Made by a program: the position numbers and the translations under genes. A DNA stretch of 64,000 nt from an uncultured Lachnospiraceae bacterium (lineage in GTDB: Bacteria; Bacillota; Clostridia; Lachnospirales; Lachnospiraceae), in the NCBI GenBank assembly GCA_910588655.1, contig CAJUPJ010000013.1, positions 6,444 to 70,443 on the forward strand, given 5' to 3'. Shown here piece after piece: positions 1-11,494 of this stretch (positions are counted from its first letter, which is position 1; every line of letters begins with the position of its first letter). Below the pieces are notes generated by a model. It worked only from the letters and a program-made list of their open reading frames with translations, was not told the origin of the DNA and ran no database searches.

Positions 1-445
1 ATACAATGCTGCCAGTACATTTTACATATGCATCACCCCAGTAAACAAGAGGGCTTACGCCAATTTTTTCTGACAGTGTAAAAATCCCGTATATTGTACC
101 ACGTTTATCACTTCCAGCTACAACAAGTGCTTTTTTTACCCCTTCAAAGGGATTATTAATAAAGTATATACCATAAACCTCTCTATGTCCATTTATACTG
201 CTTAAATTTATTTTGCCATTTTGTTCTAACTCTGTAAGAAGCTGGCTTTTTCCAATTGTTGCATATAATATTATTTCATCATTTCCTATGTAATTATCTA
301 TAACCTGCGGGCGTATCCCGCAAACCATTTCCATGTCCCCTGCTGACTTTAAAGCAACCTTTTTAACACCTTCAAATGCAGTATCCTCAACTACTATTGG
401 AATACATTTACTTTTTCCAGAAACCATATTTTTATTATATTCCAT
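1..445 (-). CDS. GH115-family alpha-glucuronidase, N-terminal part (runs off the window start)
   Basis: Manual translation from ATG at 445 (AGGAGG RBS upstream) gives MEYNKNMVSGK...LVVAGSDKRGTIYGIFTLSEKIGVSPLVYWGD, the typical GH115 N-terminal motif. Not listed in the ORF track. Confidence 0.8.
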   Translation of the reverse strand, partial: MEYNKNMVSGKSKCIPIVVEDTAFEGVKKVALKSAGDMEMVCGIRPQVIDNYIGNDEIILYATIGKSQLLTELEQNGKINLSSINGHREVYGIYFINNPFEGVKKALVVAGSDKRGTIYGIFTLSEKIGVSPLVYWGDAYVKCTGSIV

Positions 446-467
446 ACCATTCCTCCTACATGCACAC

Positions 468-498
468 AAAGACCTTTTGTATTATCCAAAAGGTCTTT
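468..498 (-). terminator. Stem-loop downstream of the GH3 gene
   Basis: aaagaccttttg...caaaaggtcttt inverted repeat between GH3 and GH115. Confidence 0.5.
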
Positions 499-521
499 AT
501 ATGCTTCTATTAATTAATAAA

Positions 522-2666
522 TTAATATTCTATCTTCTCTTCCCCGCCTGTTCTGTTTATTGTAAATAATACTGTCTTTTTCCCTGACAGTTCTTCACTC
601 CTTTTATCTGGCTGCTGTCCTCCTATGCTTATAACATAGCTGCCTGGACGTACTACACATTCACCATTTTCTGTAATAATTGCAAAATCCCTTGCGTTTA
701 ATATAATTTCTGCTTCTTTTGTTTCACCTGGCATTAATAAAATATTTTTAATTCCTTTAAGCTGGAAACCTGGCTCATATTCTTCCCCGCCAGTGTGTTT
801 TATATAAACCTGTACACTTTCATTAACCTGGTATTTTCCATTATTAGTTACTTGTGTCTTCACTGTTACACTGTCTGACACACCACATTCTGCCAGGCTG
901 GCCGCCTGTCCTGTATAACATATGTCTGAATATGAAAGCCCGTAACCGAATGGATATAATACATTGCATCCTGTATAACGGTATGTACGGTCTGCCATAC
1001 TGTAATCACAAAAGTCTGGAAGTTCTTCTGTATCTGCATAAAATGTAACAGGAAGCTTGCCTGATGGTGAGTTTTCACCAAATATTGTTTCTGCTATTGC
1101 CCTGCCTCCACGTGCACCTGGATACCAGGCATCTATAATTGCATTGACATGTGTATCTGCCCATGAAAGGTCTATTGCGCTTCCTGCAAGCAGTACAAGT
1201 ATTACTGGTTTGCCTGTTGCTGTAACTGTTTCAAGCAGTTCCTGCTGGAGTCCTGGCAGTTTTAAGCCTGGTTTGTCCCCGCTCGCATATTCATTGCCAG
1301 CATCGCCTTCTTCGCCCTCAATTGTAGCATCAAGACCAAGGCACATTACAACAACGTCTGCCCTTTCAGCAGCTATAACAGCTTCTGCAAAGCGGTCTTT
1401 TTCTTCTGCCAGGAACTCAACCTTATCTTTATATAAATGGCATCCTTCTGCATATACTACTTCTGCACCGTCCCCTAAATACTGCTGTATGCCTTCAAGT
1501 GGTGTAATATATCTTGATGAAGTACCAGTATAATTTCCAACAAGTGCGTCCCTTGAGTCTGCGTCTGGCCCTATTACAGCAATTGTTTTAATACTTCCTT
1601 TATCCAGCGGAAGTATATTATCTTTATTCTTTAATAAAACCATGCTTCTTTTTGCTGCTTCAACAGAAAGTTCTGTGTGTTCTTTACATTCCACTTTGCT
1701 ATATGGAATATCCTTATATGGTGATGGGTAATCCTCCATCATTCCAAGACGTATCCTTACTTCAATAAGGCGTTCTGCCGCCTCTGTTATGGCCTCCTCT
1801 GTAACCAGCCCCTGTTTATATGCTTCACCTAGGTGCAGGTAAGCAGTACCACAGTTTAAATCACATCCATTTTCTACTGCCAGTGCAGCAGACTGTTCCA
1901 CTGTATCTGTTACATGGTGGTTCTCATGGAAATCATTTATTGCCCAGCAGTCGGATACTATATGGCCTTTAAATTTCCACTCACCTCTTAATATATCCTT
2001 AAGAAGCCTTTTGCTTCCACATGCAGGTTCTCCGTTTACCCTGTTGTAAGCTCCCATAACAGCCTCAACGCCTGCTTCCTTCACACATCTGCTAAATGCA
2101 TAAAGGTATGTGTCATATAAATCATGTTCAGATACCTGCGCATCAAACTGGTGGCGCAGTTCTTCCGGCCCGCTATGTACTGCAAAATGCTTTGCACATG
2201 CAGCAGATTTAAGGTGCTCACTGTCATCACCCTGGAGTCCTTTTATATATGCTATTCCAAGTTCTGATGAAAGATATGGGTCTTCACCGAAAGTTTCATG
2301 CCCGCGCCCCCATCTTGGGTCTCTGAATATGTTAATATTAGGCGCCCAGAATGTCAGGCCCTTATAAATCCCTCTGTCACCACGTCTTGAAAATTCATTA
2401 AACTTCGCCCTTCCTTCAGTTGATACAGTATCTGCAACTTTATAAAGGAAATCCGGGTCAAAAGCTGCCGCCATCCCAATTGCCTGTGGAAAAACTGTTG
2501 CAACACCAGCCCTTGCAACGCCATGCAGTGCTTCATTCCACCAGTTATAAGCAGGAATTCCAAGCCTTTCAATAGCAGGTGACTGGTAAAGCATCTGTCC
2601 CATCTTTTCTTCAATAGTCATTTTGGATACAAGTTCTTTTGCGTATTCTCTTGTTTTCTGGCTCAT
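522..2666 (-). CDS. GH3 beta-xylosidase
   Basis: WWNEALHG, RDPRWGRGHET, KHF and VSDCWA motifs, plus C-terminal Fn3-like domain; xylan locus context. Confidence 0.92.
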   Translation of the reverse strand: MSQKTREYAKELVSKMTIEEKMGQMLYQSPAIERLGIPAYNWWNEALHGVARAGVATVFPQAIGMAAAFDPDFLYKVADTVSTEGRAKFNEFSRRGDRGIYKGLTFWAPNINIFRDPRWGRGHETFGEDPYLSSELGIAYIKGLQGDDSEHLKSAACAKHFAVHSGPEELRHQFDAQVSEHDLYDTYLYAFSRCVKEAGVEAVMGAYNRVNGEPACGSKRLLKDILRGEWKFKGHIVSDCWAINDFHENHHVTDTVEQSAALAVENGCDLNCGTAYLHLGEAYKQGLVTEEAITEAAERLIEVRIRLGMMEDYPSPYKDIPYSKVECKEHTELSVEAAKRSMVLLKNKDNILPLDKGSIKTIAVIGPDADSRDALVGNYTGTSSRYITPLEGIQQYLGDGAEVVYAEGCHLYKDKVEFLAEEKDRFAEAVIAAERADVVVMCLGLDATIEGEEGDAGNEYASGDKPGLKLPGLQQELLETVTATGKPVILVLLAGSAIDLSWADTHVNAIIDAWYPGARGGRAIAETIFGENSPSGKLPVTFYADTEELPDFCDYSMADRTYRYTGCNVLYPFGYGLSYSDICYTGQAASLAECGVSDSVTVKTQVTNNGKYQVNESVQVYIKHTGGEEYEPGFQLKGIKNILLMPGETKEAEIILNARDFAIITENGECVVRPGSYVISIGGQQPDKRSEELSGKKTVLFTINRTGGEEKIEY

Positions 2667-2750
2667 ATTTGCTCTCCTTTTATTAAATTATGCGGCATTT
2701 GTATTATTTTGTTATCTATTACTATAACAGACACTTAAACTGCTATCTAG

Positions 2751-2783
2751 TTAATTGTTGCCCCAGTATTATCAATTATTGCT
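2751..2783. promoter_or_regulatory. Candidate AraC operator (direct repeat, 21-bp period)
   Basis: ttaattgttgc (2751) and tcaattattgc (2772) lie between the divergent GH3 and araC genes; atcaattattgct recurs exactly at 14622-14634. Confidence 0.5.
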
Positions 2784-2859
2784 ATTTATATCTTGCCTAA
2801 AACATTAAAGAGGATTAAAATAAACTATGTTATAAATTTTTACATAAGGGGCTTTATAT

Positions 2860-3735
2860 ATGATAGAAAACCTGAATGGAATACATGAAACAGTTAATTA
2901 TAAAACAAATACAAACCTGCGCCTGTACAATAATGTGGAGACAGAAAACTACCCGCCCCACTGGCATACACCCATCGAAATAATAATGCCAGTAGAAAAT
3001 ATATATTCTGTTGCTGTTGGCAGCCAGACTGTTATATTAAACCCTGGCGATATTATATTTATCTGCCCTGGTGTAATACACTCTTTAAATGCTCCAAATA
3101 ATGGCATGAGAATAATATTCCAGGCTGAAATTACAATGTTTACTGCAATAAGGGAATTTGAATCTATTTTAAGCCTTATGTCACCAGTGCTTAAAATTAC
3201 AGCAGAAAGCTCACCAGATATACACAGTCATGTGCACAGCCTGCTATTACAGATAAATGAAGAATACAACAGCAGTAATATTTTATTAGAAACAGTAATT
3301 TACTCTAAACTATTAAGTATCTTTGTAATTATAGGACGCAACTACACTAACAACCCTTTGCTTTTTAACAGCAAAAACCCTAATAATAAAGAGTATACAG
3401 AAAAATTCCTTTTTATTTGTAAATATATTAATGAACACTGTACAGAGGATTTAAGCCTTGATAAAATTGCTAAATTAGCTGGATTTAGCAAATATCATTT
3501 TACAAGGCTGTTTAAACAGGTAACAACAACAACCTTCTATAAATACTTAAACCTTAAAAGAATAGAACATGCCCAGAAACTGCTGGCAGACCCTGGCATC
3601 CCAGTAACAGAAGTGGCACTTGGTTCTGGCTTTTCAAGCCTCTCTGCATTTATACGGATGTTTAAGTTAATTAACCAGTGCACCCCGACAGAATACAGGA
3701 ATATGTTTATAAATGTCACACAAAGCGGGGATTGA
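2860..3735 (+). CDS. AraC-family transcriptional regulator (cupin plus double HTH)
   Basis: PHWHTPIEII cupin; C-terminal SKYHFTRLFK...GFSSLSAFIRMFK...TPTEYR. Confidence 0.95.
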   Translation: MIENLNGIHETVNYKTNTNLRLYNNVETENYPPHWHTPIEIIMPVENIYSVAVGSQTVILNPGDIIFICPGVIHSLNAPNNGMRIIFQAEITMFTAIREFESILSLMSPVLKITAESSPDIHSHVHSLLLQINEEYNSSNILLETVIYSKLLSIFVIIGRNYTNNPLLFNSKNPNNKEYTEKFLFICKYINEHCTEDLSLDKIAKLAGFSKYHFTRLFKQVTTTTFYKYLNLKRIEHAQKLLADPGIPVTEVALGSGFSSLSAFIRMFKLINQCTPTEYRNMFINVTQSGD

Positions 3736-3739
3736 TATT

Positions 3740-4425
3740 ATAATTTCCAGTTATTTTTTTGTTGGAAGACGGACGCAGGGTTTCTGTGTCCAGCTTAAAC
3801 ATATTCCATGACAGGGCACGCTCCCGCTACGTCAGCCCACGCAGCAGTGCATAGTATCCCTATGCCACAAAAAAAGTAACATTTTTTGTGGCATTGAATA
3901 CGGGATACAAGCACTGGCGGTGCTGAAGTGTCCCTGTCATGGAATATGTTTAAGCTGGAACACGCAAAACCTGCTGTATCCATCAGAATTACAAAAAACA
4001 GAATAGATAATAACTGGAAATTATGGTGTGGGGAAAGTGATTTAGACGGACGGAAACATTTTGGTATTTTTTCTTTTAATTTCTGGATAACAGTAAATCT
4101 TGTAACAGGTAATAAGTGGCTGGCAGAATAATTCCCACCCCCCTATTTCCAGTTATCTTTTTATTTTGTGTTTTATTACAGGTTGCTGGTGACAGGTTTT
4201 GCGTGCCAGATGCCATCAATTATTCCGTACAGGGGCACTTTAACCCCGCCGGCATTTAGGCCCATATGTAACAGAAGAAACGTCAGTTTCTTTTGGGACA
4301 TATGGGGTTTATGTGCCGTTGTGTGGGTTATCGTAGCGGAAGCGTGCCCCTGTACGGAATATTGTGGCTCTGGCACTAAAAACCGTCCGTCAGTCCAACA
4401 CAAACAAAAGATAACTGGAAATTAT
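3740..4425. repeat. Modular hairpin element, complete composite S'-a-S-L-S'-b(rev)-S
   Basis: 15-bp sites ataatttccagttat (3740) and ataactggaaattat (4010, 4411), variant at 4142; perfect 27-bp stem 3790-3816/3932-3958; homologous copies elsewhere in the window. Confidence 0.9.
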
Positions 4426-4434
4426 CAAATAAGT

Positions 4435-5988
4435 TTACATTGCATCGTATGAAAGCCATGCAAAGTCTGCATAATTATTTCCATCCTCACCATTTGCAGA
4501 TGCATACATTCCTATTGTGCATCCTACAAACCCGCCTGCTTCTTCTGTTGTATAAGGAAGCAGGTTTATGTTTCCTGCTGCCAGCACTTTTTCACTGCCT
4601 GTTTTTATCCATACTGATGCTGTCTGGTTTTCTGCCCTTAATACAATTTCTGCAAGGCCTTCCTGTCCAATTTCTGTTACAGCTAAAACATTGTCTTTGC
4701 CATGTATATGTTCCACAACATAGAAAGCCTTGTTATCATCTTTCTTCTTTATCTCCATACGCAGATGGTTTTCATGGTTCTGGTAATAAACAAGCCCTGC
4801 ACATTCATTGGCAGAAGGAGTGAATTCCAGTCCTGTACTTGCTTCAAAGCAATAATCTTTCTGGCGTATTCCAAGATAAGAAGCATTTGTTTTATCTTCT
4901 ATCTTCCCTTTTCCTGCAAATAACCTTAAAAAGCCTTTTCTTGCATTTAATGAATACTGGCTTTCATTTCTTGTGTGTATTCCAAGCAGCCTGTCATCCA
5001 GCTTGTTATCATAAAAATGCAGGTGGTCATGGTGTGAGATTTCATTGGCAAACCTGTATTCATCAAATGGAAGTTCCATACTTTCACAAAGTTTTCCAAT
5101 GCCTGCATTAATTACAGGCCAGCCATTTTCCCATGTTACCCTGGCAAGGAATGATTCCCTGCCCATGCTGCTATGGCGTTTGCATGGACGTGAAGCAAGC
5201 ATTATTATATACCAGTTGCCATTGCCATCATCAACAAGGTCACCATGTCCTGCATAAATTACAGGATAATCCATTCCAAGGTTTCTGTGTGTAAATACCG
5301 GGTTTCTTGGGCATCCTTCAAACCATCTGAACAATTCTTTGCTTCTTGCCACACTTATGCTGTGTTCAGGGCCAGTACCTCCTTCTGCATGAAGCAGGTA
5401 ATAATATCCATCAATTTTATAAATATGCGGGCCTTCTGGCCATATTACATCTTTTACCGCACCTTTCCATATTGCCATGCTTTCACCTGTAAGCTTCATC
5501 TGGGAAAGGTCAAGCTCCTGTACCCATATTTCCCAGTCGCCGTTATAACGGACACCTTCCGGGTTTGGCCTTGTCCCTACATAATAGCATCTGCCATCTG
5601 TATCAAAGAAAAGGTCAGGGTCAATGCCTTTTGCTTCTTCCCCAAGATAATATGGCTTTGACCAAGGGCCTTCTGGCTTTTCTGCTGTTACTATAAAGTT
5701 GCCGCCATAGCTTACATTTGTTGTAATCATATAATATGTACCATTATTATAACGTATAGACGGTGCATATATTCCTTCAGATATTTCACTTCCAGATAAC
5801 GGAAGCTGCTCCTCCCTGTCCAGTATATTTCCAACCTGCTCCCAGTGTGCTAAATCTTTGCTGTGGAATATTGGAACTCCTGGAAAATATGCAAAACTTG
5901 AGTTAACTATATAATAATCTTCTCCTGCCCTGCATATAGACGGGTCAGGGTAAAAACCGCTTAAAACCGGGTTTAATGCTGTTACCAT
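4435..5988 (-). CDS. GH43 beta-xylosidase/arabinofuranosidase with C-terminal beta-sandwich
   Basis: NPVLSGFYPDPSI, YAPSIRY, IDPDLFFD, EGPHIYK, AEGGT. Confidence 0.93.
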   Translation of the reverse strand: MVTALNPVLSGFYPDPSICRAGEDYYIVNSSFAYFPGVPIFHSKDLAHWEQVGNILDREEQLPLSGSEISEGIYAPSIRYNNGTYYMITTNVSYGGNFIVTAEKPEGPWSKPYYLGEEAKGIDPDLFFDTDGRCYYVGTRPNPEGVRYNGDWEIWVQELDLSQMKLTGESMAIWKGAVKDVIWPEGPHIYKIDGYYYLLHAEGGTGPEHSISVARSKELFRWFEGCPRNPVFTHRNLGMDYPVIYAGHGDLVDDGNGNWYIIMLASRPCKRHSSMGRESFLARVTWENGWPVINAGIGKLCESMELPFDEYRFANEISHHDHLHFYDNKLDDRLLGIHTRNESQYSLNARKGFLRLFAGKGKIEDKTNASYLGIRQKDYCFEASTGLEFTPSANECAGLVYYQNHENHLRMEIKKKDDNKAFYVVEHIHGKDNVLAVTEIGQEGLAEIVLRAENQTASVWIKTGSEKVLAAGNINLLPYTTEEAGGFVGCTIGMYASANGEDGNNYADFAWLSYDAM

Positions 5989-6016
5989 TGTTTTTTCCTC
6001 CTTATTGTTATATGTT

Positions 6017-7732
6017 TTATTCTACATACCCAAAACCTAATATTGTACACTTCTTTTCCAAGTCTGCCTTGTCAATTTCTATATGGACAAGATGGCTGCC
6101 ACTTGTACTTTCATTAATTATTAGCATTGGGTTACAATGCAGCCAGCCATTTACATATGGGTCAGCCGTCCTGGTATATTTGCCATCCACATAAATATCT
6201 GCTTTGGCTGCGTCTTTTTCCCCTGAATCTTTAAACACAAGTACAAGTGATTTACATGTAATTGTCATTTCAAAATAAGGCTGGCCTGTATTAGTCCCGT
6301 CATAGTGCCAGTTATATGGGAATTCTGGCACTAGTTCCAGGTTTGTATCCATTTCAACACATTGCAGTATTTTATCTGTAGCCGTAAAACCTCCTGGCTT
6401 TATTTCTGCTTTCTTATATGTATTTCTCTTATCTAAAAGCTTAATTTTCTCAAATGTATTTCCTACAACTGGCTCTTTTAATAATAATTTTTCTGTGCTG
6501 TTTTCTCCGTCTGCCCCATTTACATTTGCTTCTGCTTGTTCTATAAGATAAAACAGACATTCTGCCATAATTTTATGCCCTGTATTAGAAGGATGGTAAA
6601 TATCATAAAAATACTGGCTTTTTGTTAATACCCTGCCTTCGCCATCTTTTTTATAAAACTGGCCTGTTACTGCATTTTTTATACTAACCATTGGCAGGTT
6701 ATAATTCCTGCCAATAGGAATCATGCGTTCCTGTAAATTTTCATCATTGGCAAATACGGAAAATAATAATATTACGGCTGGCTTGTTACGCTGGTTTAAT
6801 GCCTTTTTGACAAGGCTTTCATAAAAATCACCTTTTGTTTCATCACCTTCGTCGTTTACTGCAAATTCAATTATAATTATATCTGGTTCTACTGTATTAT
6901 CCCTTAATACATCACGTTCAAAACGTATTATCCCAAGTTCTGAAGGAGTGCCGCCAACACCAGCTTTAATAAAATGTACATTATTACCAGAACCAAATTT
7001 ATCCTTAAACAGGCTATATGATTTGTAGGCATAACATTCTGTATTTATTGGTGCTGCACCTGCACCTTGTGTAATTGAACCGCCTATATATGCAACACAT
7101 GTTTCCTTACCGCTTTTTGCACGGTTTATAGCCTTTACCAGTCTTTCTGTATCACCATAAGACACAATGGAATTTGCTAACATATCTTTATATTCCTGCG
7201 AATTAAAGTCGGTCTCACTTTCCTCATCTGCTTCTGGCGCATAAAACCCATCGTTAAGATATAGCCTTACACTTAGTCTGGCAAGCTGTTCTGGTTTTTC
7301 CATAATAACCTTAATCTGCCCTGGAATAAAATCATCTTCTTTCCATGTAATACCAGACAGATAAATCCTTTTTTCTATACCATCACCATTTAAAGATAGA
7401 TTTAATATTGTACCACCGCCATAAATATCATTTTTGCCATACATCTGGAAAGCAAACAGTACATTTTCTGAAGGTTCTTTAGTTTCCACTGAAACGCCTA
7501 TGCTGTGTACCAGTTTCCTGAAACCTTCCACACTGTTTAAAAGGGAAAGTTCTTCTTCACTAGTAATCCCTCCTGTAATCTGGGCACTATTGGCAAGCCT
7601 GCCATCACTCTGGTATAGATATTGTATTCCTCTTCCATCCTCCATTTTTGTGCCAAATATATCTTTATTTTTTATAATATAGAAAAAATCCCTTCTTTTT
7701 TCTGGGTCTTTTGGTGCTGCTGGAATATTCAT
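6017..7732 (-). CDS. SGNH/GDSL hydrolase, probable carbohydrate (acetyl-xylan) esterase
   Basis: GGSITQG, GVGGT, EFAVND and DIYHP blocks; extra N- and C-terminal domains. Confidence 0.8.
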   Translation of the reverse strand: MNIPAAPKDPEKRRDFFYIIKNKDIFGTKMEDGRGIQYLYQSDGRLANSAQITGGITSEEELSLLNSVEGFRKLVHSIGVSVETKEPSENVLFAFQMYGKNDIYGGGTILNLSLNGDGIEKRIYLSGITWKEDDFIPGQIKVIMEKPEQLARLSVRLYLNDGFYAPEADEESETDFNSQEYKDMLANSIVSYGDTERLVKAINRAKSGKETCVAYIGGSITQGAGAAPINTECYAYKSYSLFKDKFGSGNNVHFIKAGVGGTPSELGIIRFERDVLRDNTVEPDIIIIEFAVNDEGDETKGDFYESLVKKALNQRNKPAVILLFSVFANDENLQERMIPIGRNYNLPMVSIKNAVTGQFYKKDGEGRVLTKSQYFYDIYHPSNTGHKIMAECLFYLIEQAEANVNGADGENSTEKLLLKEPVVGNTFEKIKLLDKRNTYKKAEIKPGGFTATDKILQCVEMDTNLELVPEFPYNWHYDGTNTGQPYFEMTITCKSLVLVFKDSGEKDAAKADIYVDGKYTRTADPYVNGWLHCNPMLIINESTSGSHLVHIEIDKADLEKKCTILGFGYVE

Positions 7733-7842
7733 AACCCACCTCTTTTCTGCGTTTTATGCATTATCCTGCAATATCCTGCACAATCCATAAATATCTGTTT
7801 ACAGGAATATGTATTGCAGATATCATTTTACTTTTTTTAATT

Positions 7843-9909
7843 CTATAACTGGAATGAGCCCAGTATTTCGACAAGGAAATCTGCCTTTGTCCTAAGCTGT
7901 TTAGCTGATTCATCTAAATCCTTAACTGCACTTTCCTGTTTCTGCACTGTAACGCTTACATTATCTGAACATGCTGCTGTTTCAGCAGATACAGCAGATA
8001 TATCTTCCATAGTGCCAAGTGTTTTATTTCTTGATGTGTCCATATTGTATACATTGTTTGTTATTACTTCCAGTGCATCTGACAGTCTGGCAATCTGCTT
8101 TCTAATCTGCATAAATGAATTTGTAGTACCTGAAACTACACCAGTCTGTGAAGATACAGCTTCTTCAGCTTCTTTTGCAGTTGAAACTACTTCACTAGTC
8201 TGTTTTACAATTTCATTGACAATCTCAGAAATCTGCCCTGCTGACTCCAGGCACTGGTCAGAAAGCTTCCTTATCTCCTCTGCTACAACTGCAAACCCCC
8301 TGCCTGCATCACCAGCACGTGCTGCCTCAATAGAAGCATTAATTGAAAGCAGGTTTGTCTGTTCTGATATGGAATTAATAGCAGAAACTATTGTACTTAT
8401 TGACTTTGATTTCTTTTCCAGTTCCTGTATTGAAGCTATAACATCTTTGGTTATATCTGTAGTTTTGCCAGCACTTCCGCCAAGCCCATTTACCAGCTCT
8501 ATTCCAAGGCTTATAGTTTCACCTGCTTCTTCTGCCAGTTTTCCTATTTCTTCTGTATTGGTGCTTACACTTGTAATTATGCCAGAAAGCATTTCCATAT
8601 TGCCAAGACAGTCTGCTGAACCAGTATCCAGCCTGCTTACACCTGTTTCAATTTCAGAAACAGCCTCTTTAATATTCTTTGCAGTTTCCATAAACAGTCC
8701 TGCCGATTTTGTAACATAAGAAATAGTATCATTCAATTCACTGCTTACCCCTTTTACATCCTCAAGAATAGCCTTCATCTGGCTTGCTGTCTGGTTTACA
8801 CCACCACATAAAAGACCAAACTCATCTTTGCTTTTTATTTCAAGCTGTACTGTTAAATCACCACTTGCAATTTTACGGAGTTTTTGTAAAATATAATTTA
8901 TTATTCCAGATATTTTTTTAGAAATCAAAAGCCCTAATATTAATGCTAATACAGCAAATATACCTGAAACCACAGCAGATACCATTTTTATGTCTGCTGC
9001 CTCATCAAGCAGGCGCTTTGACGGGATAATGGCAGCGACAACCGCACCTCCCGTTTCCATTTTCCCATAGACAAATAAATTCTCCCTGCCGCCAAATTTT
9101 ATTATCTGGTTTCCTGTTGGTTCTTCTGAACTGGCCGCCTTGTTATAAACATCAGTGCCATATATTAAACTGCCATTGTCTTCCTTGCCAGGTTCTGAAT
9201 AAAACTCCTTGCCATCGCTTGTTATTAACGCTACATATCCGTCCTTGCCTGTATCTATTGACTGTAATGCACTGCGGATAAATTCTGCACCAATATCCAC
9301 TATAATGCATACCTGCTGCCCCTGGAACTTCCTTGCAATCCTGACACCATAAGAATTTGTTTCTATTCCTAGTACCCCGTCTGCTTCTTTGTCCTGCCCG
9401 AATATAAACCATTCATTAGGGTTTTCATTAACCTTGCTGCCCTGTTTAGTTCCAATATATGCACTATAGGCATCATAAGGCAGTAAAGCTTCAACTCCCT
9501 GTAAGCTTCTTCCGCCATCCGCAATAAAATACGCCCCGTCCACCTTAGAATCTACAGACAGTTTGCTTACAAGCCTGCCATTATATTTTCTCTGTAATGT
9601 TTTCGCCTCAATTAAATCCATTTTGCCGCCAAAAAACATCGTTAAACTGCTGTCTGTAAAGTAATTCTTAAATTCATCTATTTCACTTGAAACAGCAAGG
9701 TTTATATATTTCTGCTGCATATCTGCTGTATGGCTTATAGACTTTTTATAACTGTTAATAACCGCCTTTGAGGCACTGTTATAAGAAACAATGCCAAGTA
9801 CAAGTATGCCGATTACAGGAATTAAAAAGCAAGCAATAAGGCGCAGTGAAATACTTCTGTAAAATGGTATTTCTAAAGTACGCTTTTCTTTACTATGTTT
9901 CTTTTTCAT
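7843..9909 (-). CDS. Methyl-accepting chemotaxis protein (Cache-like sensor, HAMP, MCP signalling domain)
   Basis: Two transmembrane segments; [36 protein letters not shown]. Confidence 0.95.
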   Translation of the reverse strand: MKKKHSKEKRTLEIPFYRSISLRLIACFLIPVIGILVLGIVSYNSASKAVINSYKKSISHTADMQQKYINLAVSSEIDEFKNYFTDSSLTMFFGGKMDLIEAKTLQRKYNGRLVSKLSVDSKVDGAYFIADGGRSLQGVEALLPYDAYSAYIGTKQGSKVNENPNEWFIFGQDKEADGVLGIETNSYGVRIARKFQGQQVCIIVDIGAEFIRSALQSIDTGKDGYVALITSDGKEFYSEPGKEDNGSLIYGTDVYNKAASSEEPTGNQIIKFGGRENLFVYGKMETGGAVVAAIIPSKRLLDEAADIKMVSAVVSGIFAVLALILGLLISKKISGIINYILQKLRKIASGDLTVQLEIKSKDEFGLLCGGVNQTASQMKAILEDVKGVSSELNDTISYVTKSAGLFMETAKNIKEAVSEIETGVSRLDTGSADCLGNMEMLSGIITSVSTNTEEIGKLAEEAGETISLGIELVNGLGGSAGKTTDITKDVIASIQELEKKSKSISTIVSAINSISEQTNLLSINASIEAARAGDAGRGFAVVAEEIRKLSDQCLESAGQISEIVNEIVKQTSEVVSTAKEAEEAVSSQTGVVSGTTNSFMQIRKQIARLSDALEVITNNVYNMDTSRNKTLGTMEDISAVSAETAACSDNVSVTVQKQESAVKDLDESAKQLRTKADFLVEILGSFQL

Positions 9910-11458
9910 TTAAAACGCCTCCTGCCCCCTGTTGTTTATAACATGAAAAACCTGCCACCCCGCCAGCCGTACATGAGGAATAATATGCCAGTGCAAACCT
10001 GTAACCTGTAAAGTGGTCAAGTGTAAAAACCATTTTTAAAGGCTTCCCAATACATTTCCACTGTCCGTTTTCCATATAGAAAAAAACTGCTTCATCCTTC
10101 CCTCCTGTAAAATCACATTCAATCTTTAAACGGGCATGGCTGCCTTCTGCCTGGACTCTTGCACATTCATAAGGAGGACTGTTATCATAACTTCCCATGC
10201 CTGTTCCGGTACTGTCCTCAGACAGGCCCTTTTTCTGGAGCACTATTTCATAAAAACCGTCCCTTTTTGTTAATGCCAGAAATCCATAAAACCCTTGTAA
10301 CGCACATATGCCTGCATAATCGCCATTATTTAAACTGCTTCCATCTACCTGTACTTCTGCCATACATGCAGGGCCATGCATACGTTGTGTTAGTGTATTT
10401 TTTGCCTTTGTAACATTAATACATGTCCTGTCCGTTTCCAGTGTTAAGTATCCAGGCTTTTTTGTAACCGACCACAATTTATTATCTGGTTCATGGTTCC
10501 ACTGCCACACTTTTTTTAAACTAACTTTTCCATTAATATCTGGCATATAACTGAAATTGTCACTTTCATTTAATGGTTTGTACACATGTCCAGGTTTTAC
10601 AGGTCTGATATCTACGCTTAATGGGACTTTCCCGTTGTCTGGCACTGGAAATCCGTTTTCAAAATGCATCGGCACTAAAACAGGACATCTGCCAACAGCC
10701 CCCCTGTCCTGGAAAAACATGCCATACCACTTACCATTGTGTGCCTGCACAATCCCTCCTTGTGCAACACCACAGTCTTTGTAATTAAATGCGTCATCCA
10801 GTATATCACCACCTGTAAATTCCCCTTCCAGTGACTCTGCCATATAACATGCTTCAGTACGCCGTCCGCCTTTTGCCCAGTGTATAAAAAAGGCATAGTA
10901 TTTTCCATTAATCTTATATAAATGTGTCCCCTCAAAACCAAGCTTATAATTATCTGTATCTTCAAGAACCATACGGTTTAACCCGCCTTCCAGCGGTGCT
11001 GAGAGGTCTGGTTTTAACTCTGTAATATAAATCTGGCGGTTTCCATACATTATATAAACCCTGCCATCATCATCAAATAACAGTGAGCAGTCATGGTAAA
11101 ACCCTTCTATATACTGTTTCTTCCAAGGGCCACAGATGTTTTCTGCCTGGTATAAATATGTCCTGCCTGTATCATTTGCAACAAAACATACATAAAAAAC
11201 CCCTTTATAATACCTGAGGGAAGCTGCCCACATGCCTTTCCCATATACTCCCATGCCATCAGAAAGAGTCTGTCCCTCCGTGCTGTCAAGTGTATCAAAC
11301 ACATATGACAATATTTCCCAGTGGCATAAATCATAAGAACGCAGGATTACTGCCCCTGGCATAAAATGCATTGTTGTGCTAACCATATAATATGTATCTT
11401 CTACACATATTACATCTATATCAGGATAATCTGACCATATAACTGGATTTTCAACCAT
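9893..11458 (-). CDS. GH43 glycoside hydrolase (arabinofuranosidase/xylosidase)
   Basis: [39 protein letters not shown]-terminal WQWNH beta-sandwich. Confidence 0.92.
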   Translation of the reverse strand: MVENPVIWSDYPDIDVICVEDTYYMVSTTMHFMPGAVILRSYDLCHWEILSYVFDTLDSTEGQTLSDGMGVYGKGMWAASLRYYKGVFYVCFVANDTGRTYLYQAENICGPWKKQYIEGFYHDCSLLFDDDGRVYIMYGNRQIYITELKPDLSAPLEGGLNRMVLEDTDNYKLGFEGTHLYKINGKYYAFFIHWAKGGRRTEACYMAESLEGEFTGGDILDDAFNYKDCGVAQGGIVQAHNGKWYGMFFQDRGAVGRCPVLVPMHFENGFPVPDNGKVPLSVDIRPVKPGHVYKPLNESDNFSYMPDINGKVSLKKVWQWNHEPDNKLWSVTKKPGYLTLETDRTCINVTKAKNTLTQRMHGPACMAEVQVDGSSLNNGDYAGICALQGFYGFLALTKRDGFYEIVLQKKGLSEDSTGTGMGSYDNSPPYECARVQAEGSHARLKIECDFTGGKDEAVFFYMENGQWKCIGKPLKMVFTLDHFTGYRFALAYYSSCTAGGVAGFSCYKQQGAGGVLNEKET

Positions 11459-11494
11459 ATAAATACCATGCCTTTCTATTTGCAGTACTTCTGT

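Noticed and set aside
3740..4024. Retron msr-msd or self-cleaving ribozyme reading of the hairpins
   Set aside because: No reverse transcriptase nearby, and I could not identify a known ribozyme core.
3740..4425. Possible CRISPR array or integron cassette array
   Set aside because: No regular direct repeat-spacer period, S sites alternate in orientation, and no cas or integrase gene is in the window.
3795..4452. Short ORFs in the repeat loci (also 28697-29339 and 37386-37599) sharing TPPAF/CAVAWADV-like peptides
   Set aside because: The similarity comes from the DNA repeat. Frames, starts and lengths are not conserved, and variation follows base pairing rather than codons.
8012..8719. Long antisense ORFs (also 21652-22245, 22687-23313, 29451-29984, 57284-57745)
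   Set aside because: Shadow frames opposite well-supported genes, with no recognisable domains.
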